From Deinococcales bacterium (GTDB taxonomy: Bacteria; Deinococcota; Deinococci; Deinococcales; JAAFIG01): a DNA stretch of 64,000 nucleotides. Positions 51,455-61,919 of this stretch are shown in pieces. A program made the translations under genes and the position numbers. The stretch is taken from NCBI GenBank assembly GCA_043778225.1, contig JAYWGM010000015.1, positions 32,001 through 96,000 of the forward strand, read 5' to 3'. The notes under the pieces are model-generated. The model did not search any database, had not been told where the DNA came from, and saw only the letters and a program-made list of their open reading frames with translations. Each line of letters begins with the position of its first letter. Position 1 is the first letter of the stretch.

Positions 51455-52921
51455 ATGAAACATATTCTTGCCTTAGACCAAGGAACAACTTCGTCTCGAG
51501 CCATCGTTTTTAGTGAGGATGGTCGGATTGTCAGCCGTTCACAAAAAGAACTGACCCAGATTTATCCACAACCCGGTTGGGTCGAACACGATGCCAACGA
51601 GATTTTAAGCACGCAATTACAAACCGCCCGAGAAGCCTTGTCCGGGGTGTTGGGCGAAGTCGTGGCGTGTGGGATTGTCAATCAGCGCGAAACCACTGTA
51701 CTTTGGGAACGCAGCACAGGTAAGCCGATTCATAACGCGATTGTCTGGCAAGACCGTCGCACGGCGGCTTATTGCGACCAACTCAAAGCCCAAGGTCTGG
51801 CAGAAACCTTCAAACAAAAGACTGGTTTATTACTCGACCCTTACTTTAGTGGTACAAAATTGCGTTGGTTGCTCGAGAACATCGAGGGTGTAAGACAACG
51901 TGCCGAAGCTGGCGAACTGGCATTTGGCACAGTAGATTCTTGGCTGATTTATAATTTAACTGGCTTTGAAGTTCATGCCACCGATGTCACCAATGCAGCG
52001 CGGACATTGCTTTTCAACATCCAAACGCTCGAGTGGGATACCGAAATCCTTGAGTTACTAAATATCCCCCAAGCTGTTTTGCCCGAAGTCCGCGCCTCGA
52101 GTGCCAGTTACGGTACAGCCAAAGCCCTCAATAACCTGCCAATAACAGGTGTGGCTGGTGACCAACACGCGGCGCTGTTTGGTCAGGCTTGTCTCGAGCC
52201 TGGAATGGCAAAAAATACTTACGGCACAGGTTGCTTTATGCTGCTCAACACGGGTTCTAAAATTGTCTCGAGTGCTTCAGGGTTGCTGACCACACCCGCT
52301 TGGAAAATTGGCGACTCAGCCACCTATGCGCTCGAGGGCAGCGTTTTTATTGCAGGAGCGGTGGTGCAGTGGCTACGCGACGAGATGAAGTTTTTTAGCG
52401 ATGCCAAAGAGGTCGAGACGCTGGCGGCTAGTGTGCCGGACAACGGCGGGGTTTATCTTGTGCCAGCCTTTGCGGGACTGGGCGCACCACATTGGGATGC
52501 CTATGCTCGAGGCACAATTATCGGACTGACCCGTGGCACAGGCAGGGCGCACATTGCTAGAGCCGCACTTGAGGCGGTGGCGTTTCAGACCAAGGATGTG
52601 TTGGAGGCAATGCAAGCCGACAGTGGGGTCAAGCTCGAGGCATTGCGGGTGGATGGTGGCGCAACCAGCAACGACCTTTTGATGCAGTTTCAGGCTGATA
52701 TTTTGGGTGTACCAGTCGAGCGCCCGCGCATTACCGAAACCACGGCGCTGGGTGCGGCTTTTCTGGCGGGTCTTGAGTCTGGGCTAATGAATTTAGATTC
52801 AATTGCTGGTACGTGGCAACTCGAGCGACGTTTTGAGCCGAATATGAACGAATCCGAACGCGAAAAGCTCTATACAGGCTGGAAAAAAGCCGTTGGTCGC
52901 GCTAAGGCTTGGGCAGAGTAA
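51455..52921 (+). CDS. glpK: Glycerol kinase
   Basis: [28 protein letters not shown]. Confidence 0.97.
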   Translation: MKHILALDQGTTSSRAIVFSEDGRIVSRSQKELTQIYPQPGWVEHDANEILSTQLQTAREALSGVLGEVVACGIVNQRETTVLWERSTGKPIHNAIVWQDRRTAAYCDQLKAQGLAETFKQKTGLLLDPYFSGTKLRWLLENIEGVRQRAEAGELAFGTVDSWLIYNLTGFEVHATDVTNAARTLLFNIQTLEWDTEILELLNIPQAVLPEVRASSASYGTAKALNNLPITGVAGDQHAALFGQACLEPGMAKNTYGTGCFMLLNTGSKIVSSASGLLTTPAWKIGDSATYALEGSVFIAGAVVQWLRDEMKFFSDAKEVETLAASVPDNGGVYLVPAFAGLGAPHWDAYARGTIIGLTRGTGRAHIARAALEAVAFQTKDVLEAMQADSGVKLEALRVDGGATSNDLLMQFQADILGVPVERPRITETTALGAAFLAGLESGLMNLDSIAGTWQLERRFEPNMNESEREKLYTGWKKAVGRAKAWAE

Positions 52922-53047
52922 GCAAAATAGGTGTTTTCCGCAATCATCTAAGGGCTACCACCCTAGTGCCAACAAGTTTTTAGAATGTAAAATAGGGTCT
53001 TGACCTCGAGCCGAACAGGTGCAGGGGTATTTTGCCACGGAGTTTAT

Positions 53048-54835
53048 ATGAAAATTCAGCCACTCTTCACTTTCATTTTTACCTTTGGTGCATTGTTTGT
53101 CTCGTGCCAAAGCAGTGTAGTTAGCCCTATCTCGAGCCAGAAGTCTTTTGGTCAGGTCGAAATCGACTTTGGCAATCTAAAAACCCAAGCTGGCAGTTTT
53201 CAATCAGAAACTGGAATCGTGATTAACCCAATTGCTTCGGCAGTGGTTTGCACCGATGCCACCAGCAATGTTCGCTATATCTACCGCAGTTTTACCGTGA
53301 CCAATACCACTGGCTCGAGTTTAGAAAATTTGCAGCTTCATGCCTATAAAAAACTAGGTAACGTCAACTCGAGCGCCTTAAAAAACATTGTGGATTTTGG
53401 TGGCAACACAAATTCGAGCTTGGTCAGTTCGGTTCAGCCGCGTCATGGGCTGGGCAGTTGTACAACTGCGCCGTTTGCACCAGACCCAGCCAAAGCTGAT
53501 TTACAAGTCTACTCGAGTGCCGAAATTACTGCTCGTACCACCAGTGCAGGCACAAACTTAGACTCAGGCGAGCTTTTACTGGGTTATGGCTATTTGGCGC
53601 GGCAGCGCGGCGCACAATCGGTCTCCGACTCCGATGACCGCACCATCGCCAATAATGAATCCGCCACCGTGACCATCGGCTTAAAAGTTCCGAACACTGC
53701 AAATTCGGTTTACAGCTTTAGCATGACGTTTTTACTGTTTACCGACATGGTGCGCGAATTGGTACAAACCCCAGAAGATGTCTTGGCTGGCACGACCGCA
53801 GGTTTGGCAGCCCTGCCTGTTGGTACGGCTCGAGTTTCTTTGTTGGGTGGTGCAGCTTGCGGACTGAGTGGTAACAACCGTTATCAAAAACAAATTGTGA
53901 TTGCTGACACAGGCTCGACCCAACGCTTTGATGCCGAAACTCAAAACCCAGCTGGCGCAGTCATTGTCATCTCGAGTAATGCTGATTCTGGATTGGGCAG
54001 TTTACGCACCGCCATCAGCGACGCACAGTCAATCGGTATCTTTTGTTTTACCCAGCCGATTGCCCTGAACAGCAGTTTAGTGATTGACAAGAACATTTAT
54101 TTGCTGGCTGGAGAAAATGCAGCGCTGAATGGGACAAATTCTACCACTGGAATTATTTCGGTAAGCTCGAGTGGCAATCTGTGCCTTTATAGTGTGACCG
54201 TGGAAAACGGACGCGACACGAACGGCACTGGTGGGGGTATCAAAAATGCTGGGACTACCACATTGTTTGGCACTCGAGTGCAGAATAACCGCGCCGCACC
54301 AAGCACCCAAGGTGGTGCAGCCCAAGGCGGTGGTATCCAGAATTCTGGCACATTGACTTTGCAGTACAGCAAAATCTCGAGCAACATAGCCCAAGGTGCG
54401 GATACGACCTCAGTCATTGCGGCACCTAGTAACGATGTCATCCTCAATGGGGAAGTCGGTGGTCATGCAAGAGGTGGTGGCATTTACAGTACAAACGCAG
54501 TTACATTGCAAAGCAGTTTGGTCAGTAACAATGCCGTGCTTGGCGGAAAAGGAGCAAATGGTTTCGACGCTTATGATTTTGGTGCTGACCGTGATTGCGA
54601 TGGTAGACCTGGCAACGGCGGCAACGGCGGAGATGCCTTGGGCGGCGGCGTTTATTTAGGAACCGGTGGAACATTAAACGGTGCTGCTTTGGTCAGTGGC
54701 AATTTGTATACATCGGGCATTGGCGGTTCGCCAGGCAACATACCAGTCCTTGCTCTCCGTGATTGTATACTATTTGCTGGAACAAGCGGTGCGCTTGGGC
54801 TTGGGTCAAATGCAACGGCAAATGTCGCACCATAA
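53048..54835 (+). CDS. Surface lipoprotein with beta-helix (pectin lyase-like, GGGI repeats) domain
   Basis: Lipobox LFVSC; ADSG.GSLR.AI; repeated GGGI.N motifs. Confidence 0.7.
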   Translation: MKIQPLFTFIFTFGALFVSCQSSVVSPISSQKSFGQVEIDFGNLKTQAGSFQSETGIVINPIASAVVCTDATSNVRYIYRSFTVTNTTGSSLENLQLHAYKKLGNVNSSALKNIVDFGGNTNSSLVSSVQPRHGLGSCTTAPFAPDPAKADLQVYSSAEITARTTSAGTNLDSGELLLGYGYLARQRGAQSVSDSDDRTIANNESATVTIGLKVPNTANSVYSFSMTFLLFTDMVRELVQTPEDVLAGTTAGLAALPVGTARVSLLGGAACGLSGNNRYQKQIVIADTGSTQRFDAETQNPAGAVIVISSNADSGLGSLRTAISDAQSIGIFCFTQPIALNSSLVIDKNIYLLAGENAALNGTNSTTGIISVSSSGNLCLYSVTVENGRDTNGTGGGIKNAGTTTLFGTRVQNNRAAPSTQGGAAQGGGIQNSGTLTLQYSKISSNIAQGADTTSVIAAPSNDVILNGEVGGHARGGGIYSTNAVTLQSSLVSNNAVLGGKGANGFDAYDFGADRDCDGRPGNGGNGGDALGGGVYLGTGGTLNGAALVSGNLYTSGIGGSPGNIPVLALRDCILFAGTSGALGLGSNATANVAP

Positions 54836-54879
54836 AGTCTGCCCTCGAGTTTTATTTTGTAATCGGGTAGACTGCCCTA

Positions 54880-56760
54880 ATGCTGGTTGCATTAGATAAC
54901 GTCGAAAAATTTTACGGTTCGCAGGATATTCTGCTCGGTTGTAGTCTCACCATTTACGAAGGCGAACGCCTCGCGGTGGTTGGGCGCAATGGCGCTGGCA
55001 AAACCACCATCCTCAAACTCCTGTCGGGCGCAGAAGAACCGACCACGGGCAAGGTGGTTCGTACTCCCGGTCTGTCGGTGAGGGCATTAGCCCAAGACCC
55101 AGAATTTCCGTCCAAGCAAACGATTCTTGCGGCAGTCGAATCTGCCTTTACCGAATTTGATGCGATAGAATCCGAGATGCGAGCCTTAGAGCCGTTTCTC
55201 GAGGACGAAGACAAGATGCACGAGTACCACGAACTCGAAGAGCATTACCGCTTGCGTGGAGGTTATGCCCGCAGTACACGGCGCGATATTGTTTTAAGTA
55301 GCCTTGGTTTTTTGGGGCGCGAAAGCGAAATTGTGGATGGTTTATCCGGTGGCGAGCGCACCCGCTTGGCATTGGCACAGATTTTGGTGGCACAGCCCGA
55401 ATTGCTGCTCTTGGACGAACCGACCAACCATTTAGACATTGTGATGCTCGAGTGGCTAGAAAGTTTTTTGCGTGGTTATCCCGGCGCAATTTTAATGATT
55501 TCGCATGACCGTGCTTTTTTGGATGCAGTTGCCACCGAAACTGCGCTGGTTTTTAATAAAAATGTCAAACGCTATCCGGGCAACTACAGTGCCTTTAAGG
55601 TTACATGGGAAGCCGAGCGCGAAGTGCATGGGCGGACTCGAGTCAACCAACTTAAAGAACTTGGGCGCTTAGAAGCCAGTGCCGAGAAAACTCGTCAATG
55701 GGGACACAGCAACGAAAAACTAGCGATTCGCGCTCGAGCGATGGCAAAACGTGCTGAGCGCTTTGCCGATACAGTGCTAGACCAGTTGGCGGCTGAACAA
55801 GGCACGGCAACTGTTGGTTTTGCCGCTTCTGAAACGGGCGAGATTATATTTCAAGGCAACCATATCACCCGTGGTTTTGGTGAACGCAAATTGTTTTCGG
55901 GCATTGAAGCGACCATCCGAAAAGGTGAACGAATTGCAATTATTGGGCGCAATGGTGCAGGAAAATCCACGCTGCTAAAAACCATGTTGGGTTTTGAACC
56001 ATCGGATGATTCGCGCAGTGCCGTCCGCCTTGGCTCGAGGGTCAAACTTGGCTATTACGATCAGCAGTTGCGTGGCATAGACCCAAACAGCACGCTGTTT
56101 CTTGAGGTTAAGCCTTTTTTTGAAAAAGACCAGATGGTCTTTGACACGTTGGGTGCGTATTTATTTCCGCACAGCAGCAAAGACAAGAAAATCTCGATGC
56201 TCTCGGGTGGCGAAAGAGCGCGACTGGCTCTGCTCAAACTTTCGTTACAAGAATGTAATTTTTTAGTTTTGGACGAACCGACCAATCATTTGGATATGGA
56301 AATGCTCGAGAAGCTCGAGACTGGTTTAGCCAATTTTCCCGGTACGCTAGTCATGGTTTCACATGACCGACGTTTTATCGAAAATGTAGCCAACGAAATC
56401 TGGATTGTCGAGGATGGTAAATTGTTTACTTATCCGTACACCTATGCGATTGCGCTTGAGAAACACAAAGCCGCCACTACACCAACGCCGATTCTCGAGG
56501 AAAAAATAGCGGTCGTGGCAGCAGTGCCAAAAGCCAAGGCAAAAACCAATCCTTGGAAACTGGGTGTGGAAATGAAAAACCTCGAGACTCAAATCGCGGC
56601 GCTCGAGGCAGAACAATTGGCAGTACAAAGCGAATTGGGCAGCCCTAAAGTGGGTTCGGATTTTGCTGCCCTTGGGAAGCGTAATGTTGAGATTGACCTA
56701 CAATTATCCGAGGCGATGAATCGCTGGGAAGAAATCTCGCAATTGTTGGCTTTGGTGTAG
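54880..56760 (+). CDS. ABC-F family ATPase
   Basis: Two ABC domains (GRNGAGK, LSGGE, LDEPTNHLD), no TM segments, C-terminal coiled coil. Confidence 0.92.
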   Translation: MLVALDNVEKFYGSQDILLGCSLTIYEGERLAVVGRNGAGKTTILKLLSGAEEPTTGKVVRTPGLSVRALAQDPEFPSKQTILAAVESAFTEFDAIESEMRALEPFLEDEDKMHEYHELEEHYRLRGGYARSTRRDIVLSSLGFLGRESEIVDGLSGGERTRLALAQILVAQPELLLLDEPTNHLDIVMLEWLESFLRGYPGAILMISHDRAFLDAVATETALVFNKNVKRYPGNYSAFKVTWEAEREVHGRTRVNQLKELGRLEASAEKTRQWGHSNEKLAIRARAMAKRAERFADTVLDQLAAEQGTATVGFAASETGEIIFQGNHITRGFGERKLFSGIEATIRKGERIAIIGRNGAGKSTLLKTMLGFEPSDDSRSAVRLGSRVKLGYYDQQLRGIDPNSTLFLEVKPFFEKDQMVFDTLGAYLFPHSSKDKKISMLSGGERARLALLKLSLQECNFLVLDEPTNHLDMEMLEKLETGLANFPGTLVMVSHDRRFIENVANEIWIVEDGKLFTYPYTYAIALEKHKAATTPTPILEEKIAVVAAVPKAKAKTNPWKLGVEMKNLETQIAALEAEQLAVQSELGSPKVGSDFAALGKRNVEIDLQLSEAMNRWEEISQLLALV

Positions 56761-56814
56761 TCTTGCACAGCAAGCGCTTGATGCCATAAAGTAGGCACAT
56801 CTCAGGGGGCATAC

Positions 56815-57780
56815 ATGGTTTTTGATGCGGTTTCGTTTATTCTTGGTGGTTTGGTTTTTGGAATTCTGGCTTGGTTTGTACAGGCATATCTCGGACGTGT
56901 ACAACTTGGTCAGGTGAAAAGTGAATTGCGTGAAGCCAAACAGCAATTATCTGGGGTCAAACTCGAAGTTGAACGGGTCAGAACCCAATTGACCGAGAAA
57001 ATGGCGCTGACCTCGAGCCTTGAATCCTCCAACACCGAACTGACCAAGCGTTTGCCAAAACTCGAGGGATTCGAGCGAGCCAATGCCGATTTGCGGCTGC
57101 AAATGCAGGGCTTTGATAATCTTAAACAAAAACTGGGCAATGCTGAAACAGAATTAAGCATTCTGCGCCAAAAAGCTGGAGAATTTGATGCTTTGCAAAA
57201 CCGCTTTGAAGCCTTGCAAACTGAATTCTCAAGCCTTAAAACCAAAACTTCTGGTTTTGAAATGATTCAGGCAAAAGCGGCTCGTACCGACGAACTCGAG
57301 CAGAATATTGGTGCATTTGAACTCGAGAAAGCCGAGCAATTAAAAATTGTGCAAGCCGCACTGCTAAAAGCCAGCGATGCCGAAGCTGCCCAACAAAAAC
57401 TCCGTGCCAGTTTGCAAGAAAGTGTTGCCGAAGTTGCTCGGACTCGGGCTGGAATGCAGCAATTTGAGGGCTTAAAAACCCGAATTGACGAACTCGAGGC
57501 GCGTGGGGTATCCAACGAAACCCAAGCCAAACTCGATGGACTCGAGACCGAACTCAGCGCCTATAAAGCTCGAGTGGCGCAACTCGAGACGGCTGGGAAT
57601 GCTGAACTTGAATTGGCTCGAGTCAAAATCCAAGAACTCGAGCAAGCTCAGCAGATGGTTGCCGAAGAAATTGTTCCGAGTGCAGTAGAAATTGAGTCCG
57701 TCGAGACATCTCTAATCCAAGAGCCGCAAAACGAACTTGCCCAAAACACTGAGCCTACAACCGATTCAACTGCCAGCTAA
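56815..57780 (+). CDS. Membrane-anchored coiled-coil protein
   Basis: N-terminal TM segment, then long E/K/Q/L heptads. Confidence 0.7.
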   Translation: MVFDAVSFILGGLVFGILAWFVQAYLGRVQLGQVKSELREAKQQLSGVKLEVERVRTQLTEKMALTSSLESSNTELTKRLPKLEGFERANADLRLQMQGFDNLKQKLGNAETELSILRQKAGEFDALQNRFEALQTEFSSLKTKTSGFEMIQAKAARTDELEQNIGAFELEKAEQLKIVQAALLKASDAEAAQQKLRASLQESVAEVARTRAGMQQFEGLKTRIDELEARGVSNETQAKLDGLETELSAYKARVAQLETAGNAELELARVKIQELEQAQQMVAEEIVPSAVEIESVETSLIQEPQNELAQNTEPTTDSTAS

Positions 57781-58350
57781 ACCAAGCGCATCGGCTTTGG
57801 CACGTAGTCCAGCTAAAACATTTTCGATGTGTGTTTCTAAGGTAAGTTCGGGCATGATGCCTTGAAGCTCCTCAAGTCCTAGCGCAATGTCTTCGCGGTT
57901 TACGCCTTTAGCAAAAGCCTTGTCTTTGAGTTTTTTCTTGACGCTTGCGACCTCGAGATTATGAATACTTTTATCGGGGCGCACATAGGTGGCAGCCGTA
58001 CAAAAACCACAGAGTTCATCCACCGCAAAAAGTGCAATGGCGAGTTTGCTGACTCGAGCCACACCACTGCCGGTGTAATGCCCTAAAATTGCCTCGAGCA
58101 TGGTTGGTGTTAAATCGGTGTTTGTCCGCAAATAATTCACGCCCCAAAAAGGATGACCATTTTCGCCCAAATCTGGATGCGATTCATAATCAAAATCGTG
58201 TAACAAGCCCGTGACTGCAAATTCAGTTTCGTCGCCCTCGAGAATTTTGGCGTAATGCACCATCGCCGCTTCGACCGCCAGCATATGTTTACGCAAGGAT
58301 TCGGATTGTGTAAATTCGCAGACCAATCTAAAGGCTTCATCTCGAGTCAT
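57766..58350 (-). CDS. HD-domain hydrolase
   Basis: KHMLAVE, GLLHDFD, DELCG. Confidence 0.85.
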   Translation of the reverse strand: MTRDEAFRLVCEFTQSESLRKHMLAVEAAMVHYAKILEGDETEFAVTGLLHDFDYESHPDLGENGHPFWGVNYLRTNTDLTPTMLEAILGHYTGSGVARVSKLAIALFAVDELCGFCTAATYVRPDKSIHNLEVASVKKKLKDKAFAKGVNREDIALGLEELQGIMPELTLETHIENVLAGLRAKADALGLAGS

Positions 58351-58365
58351 GAGCAGCAGTCTAAC

Positions 58366-58926
58366 TTACTCGAGCGGTGGGAGTTGCGCGTAGAGACCAG
58401 ATAGTACGATTTCAAATTCTAAACTCGGAAATTTTAGTACAGCCTCACCCTCAAGTTTTTTATAACGCCAATCTGAGCCATCCCTCGAGTACACTTCGGC
58501 GATTTCTTCGGTTTGTGAAAGTAAAACGTACTGCTCTAAACTTGGTATTTGCTGATAAGCCTGCCATTTTTCGCCACGGTCTATGGCTTCGGTGCTGCTC
58601 GATAGAATTTCAATGATAATTGTTGGGTGATACTGGACTCGAGCCTTTTTTTCGGCACTTTGTTTTACAAAATAAATATCTGGGTAGTAGCCACGCCCAG
58701 AAGGTGTTTGTAAGCTGACATCGTTATAAGTGTAGTAGCCGCGTTTTAAGGCGTGTTGCAGAATCATTGCAATTAAAAACAAAGCCATTAAATTATGCCT
58801 ATCAGTTCCACCAGCCATAACAAACAGATTACCATCTACAAACTCATGGCGTTCTTGGCTGTGGCTTTCAAACTCGAGGTACTGCTCGAAAGTTGTGGCG
58901 GTTTTGACTGGCATTTCTCGAAGCAT
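58366..58926 (-). CDS. Uma2-family endonuclease
   Basis: HEFVDG..MAGG, YYPD, EILS.ST...DRGEK. Confidence 0.9.
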   Translation of the reverse strand: MLREMPVKTATTFEQYLEFESHSQERHEFVDGNLFVMAGGTDRHNLMALFLIAMILQHALKRGYYTYNDVSLQTPSGRGYYPDIYFVKQSAEKKARVQYHPTIIIEILSSSTEAIDRGEKWQAYQQIPSLEQYVLLSQTEEIAEVYSRDGSDWRYKKLEGEAVLKFPSLEFEIVLSGLYAQLPPLE

Positions 58927-58946
58927 AAGAAAGTATACTCGCTTTT
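58927..58946. promoter_or_regulatory. Bidirectional leaderless promoter
   Basis: Palindrome AGTATACT gives TATACT on both strands, 5 and 7 nt before divergent ATGs. Confidence 0.65.
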
Positions 58947-60095
58947 ATGTTTGAGTTTTTAACCACTGCCACATCTGGTCGCTCGAGAGTAGCGACATTT
59001 TCTACACCATTTGAAACCGTGACCACGCCAATGTTTATGCCAGTTGGCACACAGGGGAGTGTCAAGAGTTTATCGGCACGGGATTTACGCGAAATTGGCT
59101 CGCAGATGATATTAGGCAATACTTACCACTTAATTTTGCGTCCTGGACTCGAGATAATGCAGCAATTTGGCGGTTTACGTGGTTTTACAGCTTATCCTGG
59201 TGCATTTTTAACCGATTCTGGTGGTTTTCAAGTCATGAGCCTTGGGCATATGCGAACTATTACCGAACATGGTGTGGTTTTTAAGAACCATATTAACGGC
59301 GACAAGCTCGAGATGACTCCAGAAAGCAGTGTAGCAGCCCAAGAAGCGATAGGAGCGAACATCATCATGGCATTTGATGAATGTCCACCGCACCCTGCAA
59401 CCTTTGACTACGGCAAGGCGAGCTTAGAGCGTACCGTGCGGTGGCTCGAGCGCTGCTTACAAGCCAAAACCCGAGATGACCAAGGTTTGTTTGCAATTGT
59501 CCAAGGTGGAATTGACCTCGAGTTACGCCGCCGTAGTCTCGAGGCAACCCTGCCATTTGCCACACCCGGCTTTGCGATTGGCGGCTTAGCCGTAGGGGAG
59601 AGCAAAGAGGAAATGTACCCCAGTGTGGACTTTGCGACCCAACATTTACCGACCAATAAGCCGCGCTACCTGATGGGGGTTGGTTTCCCCGAGGACTTGG
59701 TTGCCAGCATTGCACTTGGGGTGGATATGTTTGATTGTGTGTATCCGACTCGCACGGCGCGATTTGGCTACGCACTGACTTCCCAAGGGCGCTTAAATTT
59801 GCAAAATGCCAAGAACCGCACCGACCCCGCGCCGCTCGAGGCAGGCTGCGATTGCTATGCTTGTCAGAATCACTCGAGGGCTTATATTGCCCATTTGCTC
59901 CGTGCCGAAGAAATGCTTGCGCCGCGCTTACTGAGCTTGCACAATTTGCGCTTTTTGCACCGAATTACTGAGGCGGCTCGAGCCGCGATTTTAGAAAATA
60001 ACTACCATGATTGGGCGCTCGAGTGGGGAGAACAGTATTTTAAGAACAGTATTCCAGCTTGGTTTGTACAAGCCATAGAATCTGGACGTGGTTAA
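58947..60095 (+). CDS. tgt: tRNA-guanine transglycosylase
   Basis: FMPVGT, TDSGGFQ, PRYLMGVG, C.C..C..H zinc site. Confidence 0.96.
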   Translation: MFEFLTTATSGRSRVATFSTPFETVTTPMFMPVGTQGSVKSLSARDLREIGSQMILGNTYHLILRPGLEIMQQFGGLRGFTAYPGAFLTDSGGFQVMSLGHMRTITEHGVVFKNHINGDKLEMTPESSVAAQEAIGANIIMAFDECPPHPATFDYGKASLERTVRWLERCLQAKTRDDQGLFAIVQGGIDLELRRRSLEATLPFATPGFAIGGLAVGESKEEMYPSVDFATQHLPTNKPRYLMGVGFPEDLVASIALGVDMFDCVYPTRTARFGYALTSQGRLNLQNAKNRTDPAPLEAGCDCYACQNHSRAYIAHLLRAEEMLAPRLLSLHNLRFLHRITEAARAAILENNYHDWALEWGEQYFKNSIPAWFVQAIESGRG

Positions 60096-60526
60096 TTGCT
60101 CGAGTCACGAAACGGATTGAGGATTTGCAAATCACCATATTTTTGCGTATGGTTCAGGTCTTCAGTCCATAAAATACTGCAACCTAATTCGAGTGCCGAC
60201 GTGACCATCAATGCGTCCCAAAAAGAAATATTTGTTTCTTGAAGTAACTGGGTTGCGGTGATTACAGTCATTGGGCTAGGCGAATGAACTATCCATTCGC
60301 TGTAATCTTTAAGAACTTGATTTGCTTCTAAAATTGAAAGTGGATGTGCAATTTTTCGCGTTACATTCACAAAAAACTCTTGCATCACTTGAATACTCAA
60401 ACAACCTGTATGTTCAAACCAAAGTCGGTCAAGTAATTGCTTGGCGAATTGGTGTTTATGTGTGCTGCTTGGATCAAAAGCATAGATAAGTATATTGGTA
60501 TCTATAAATTCGAGTTTAGCGCTCAT
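60092..60526 (-). CDS. PIN/VapC toxin
   Basis: FIDTNILIY, QEF, SFWDAL, TEDL. Confidence 0.88.
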   Translation of the reverse strand: MSAKLEFIDTNILIYAFDPSSTHKHQFAKQLLDRLWFEHTGCLSIQVMQEFFVNVTRKIAHPLSILEANQVLKDYSEWIVHSPSPMTVITATQLLQETNISFWDALMVTSALELGCSILWTEDLNHTQKYGDLQILNPFRDSSN

Positions 60527-60758
60527 AGGCTTGTTCTCGAGTTGGCATTGGGTCACCTGGATTGCGTAAAGGTCGTGCATTTTCCATCATCATTTTTTGT
60601 CGTTCCCAAGCGGCTTGATAACTGTCATTTTGAGTTGTGCTACGGGTTAAGCCTTCAATAACCAAGCTCGTTATACTTGTACCACGTTCTGCCGCGACAC
60701 TTTTTGCTTTTTTAAGCAGATATTTTGGTAGTCGAAGGGTTACATTTTGGGTTTCCAT
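60516..60758 (-). CDS. RHH/CopG-like antitoxin
   Basis: NVTLRLP..LLKKAK..AAERG.S; overlaps the PIN start. Confidence 0.8.
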   Translation of the reverse strand: METQNVTLRLPKYLLKKAKSVAAERGTSITSLVIEGLTRSTTQNDSYQAAWERQKMMMENARPLRNPGDPMPTREQAYER

Positions 60759-60800
60759 ACCAAAATACTAGCACATTTTGCACGTATCTGTGTGCAATTT

Positions 60801-61919
60801 TTAGAGAATACTTGCCCAGATTTCATCGGCAATTCGGTACACGGCTTTGGCATCGGCTAGTTTTTTAACCCCAGCTTCTAACTCCTCGAGTTTATGTGGA
60901 GTAGAAAGCACATCCTCGAGTGCGGCGGCAACGTTTTTAGCGCCTTCGGCATACAGCCCAGCACCTTCTCGTACAACGTATTCGGCATTGGGAGATTCTT
61001 GAAATTTTATTGCACCGTTGATAATCATAGGTGTGCCAAGCGCGGCGGCTTCGGTAATGGTGGCGGGTCCGGCTTTAGAAATCAGTAAATCGGCGGCTCG
61101 TAAAAAGACATCAAATTCAGAAGTAAAGCCGTAGACCAAAGTCTTTTTCTTCCAAGGTACAGCCTCAAGCGATTCTTTTAAGGTTTTATTTTTTCCAGCC
61201 AGCACCACCAATTGCGAATCGGCGAGGCTCGAGTCTATGGCTTTGGCGGTCTCGAGCAATGGACCCATGCCGTCGCCACCACCGACCAGAATAACGATTT
61301 TGGCGGATTTATCCCAGCCAAGTTTTTCTCGAGCCTCGAGTTTAGTCATGGTCATTTTTGAGAATCTTGGGTGCATCACTGGACCAGTTAAAATCAGTTT
61401 CTTCGGGTCTAGCCCAAGCTCGAGACCACGGTCATAAGCTGGTTGGACTGGCACAAGGGTTTTGTCGGCTCGAGTGTCGTACCACAGAATGGTTGGCAGG
61501 GCATAATCGGTAATGACACTGATAAATGGGGTAGCTAATCCAAGTTTTCGCAAGGCATAAACGCTGGGGCGGACAAAAACACTGTGAACACAAACCACAA
61601 TATCGCTTGGGTGGCGCTTATACAGGTGCTTGATGCGTGGGTACATATTGCGTTCGTACAGCTGAGCAGCCAGTTTATTCTTAAAGAGTCTATCGCCAAT
61701 CCAGTATTGGGCTTCGTAACTGGCGGGGTGAAAATTGACCCATTTGCCGTATGTGGTCGGCATGGTGTTAAACGGATATGGTGTGTAACTTTGCCACATA
61801 TCCACCATTTCAAATACAAACTCGCCCGCGTGTTTTTCCTCGAGTGCGGCGGTTATTGCATTGCAAGCTGCCCGATGCCCACCGCCAGTGTCGGACATCA
61901 AGAATAAAATGCGTTTCAT
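60801..61919 (-). CDS. MGDG-synthase-like glycosyltransferase (GT28)
   Basis: DTGGGH, VITD, GGGDGMG, KAGP.TI.EA. Confidence 0.88.
   Translation of the reverse strand: MKRILFLMSDTGGGHRAACNAITAALEEKHAGEFVFEMVDMWQSYTPYPFNTMPTTYGKWVNFHPASYEAQYWIGDRLFKNKLAAQLYERNMYPRIKHLYKRHPSDIVVCVHSVFVRPSVYALRKLGLATPFISVITDYALPTILWYDTRADKTLVPVQPAYDRGLELGLDPKKLILTGPVMHPRFSKMTMTKLEAREKLGWDKSAKIVILVGGGDGMGPLLETAKAIDSSLADSQLVVLAGKNKTLKESLEAVPWKKKTLVYGFTSEFDVFLRAADLLISKAGPATITEAAALGTPMIINGAIKFQESPNAEYVVREGAGLYAEGAKNVAAALEDVLSTPHKLEELEAGVKKLADAKAVYRIADEIWASIL

Noticed and set aside
58947..60095. tgt as a DpdA DNA-modification gene
   Set aside because: Canonical bacterial tRNA Tgt motifs and no dpd or que cluster nearby.
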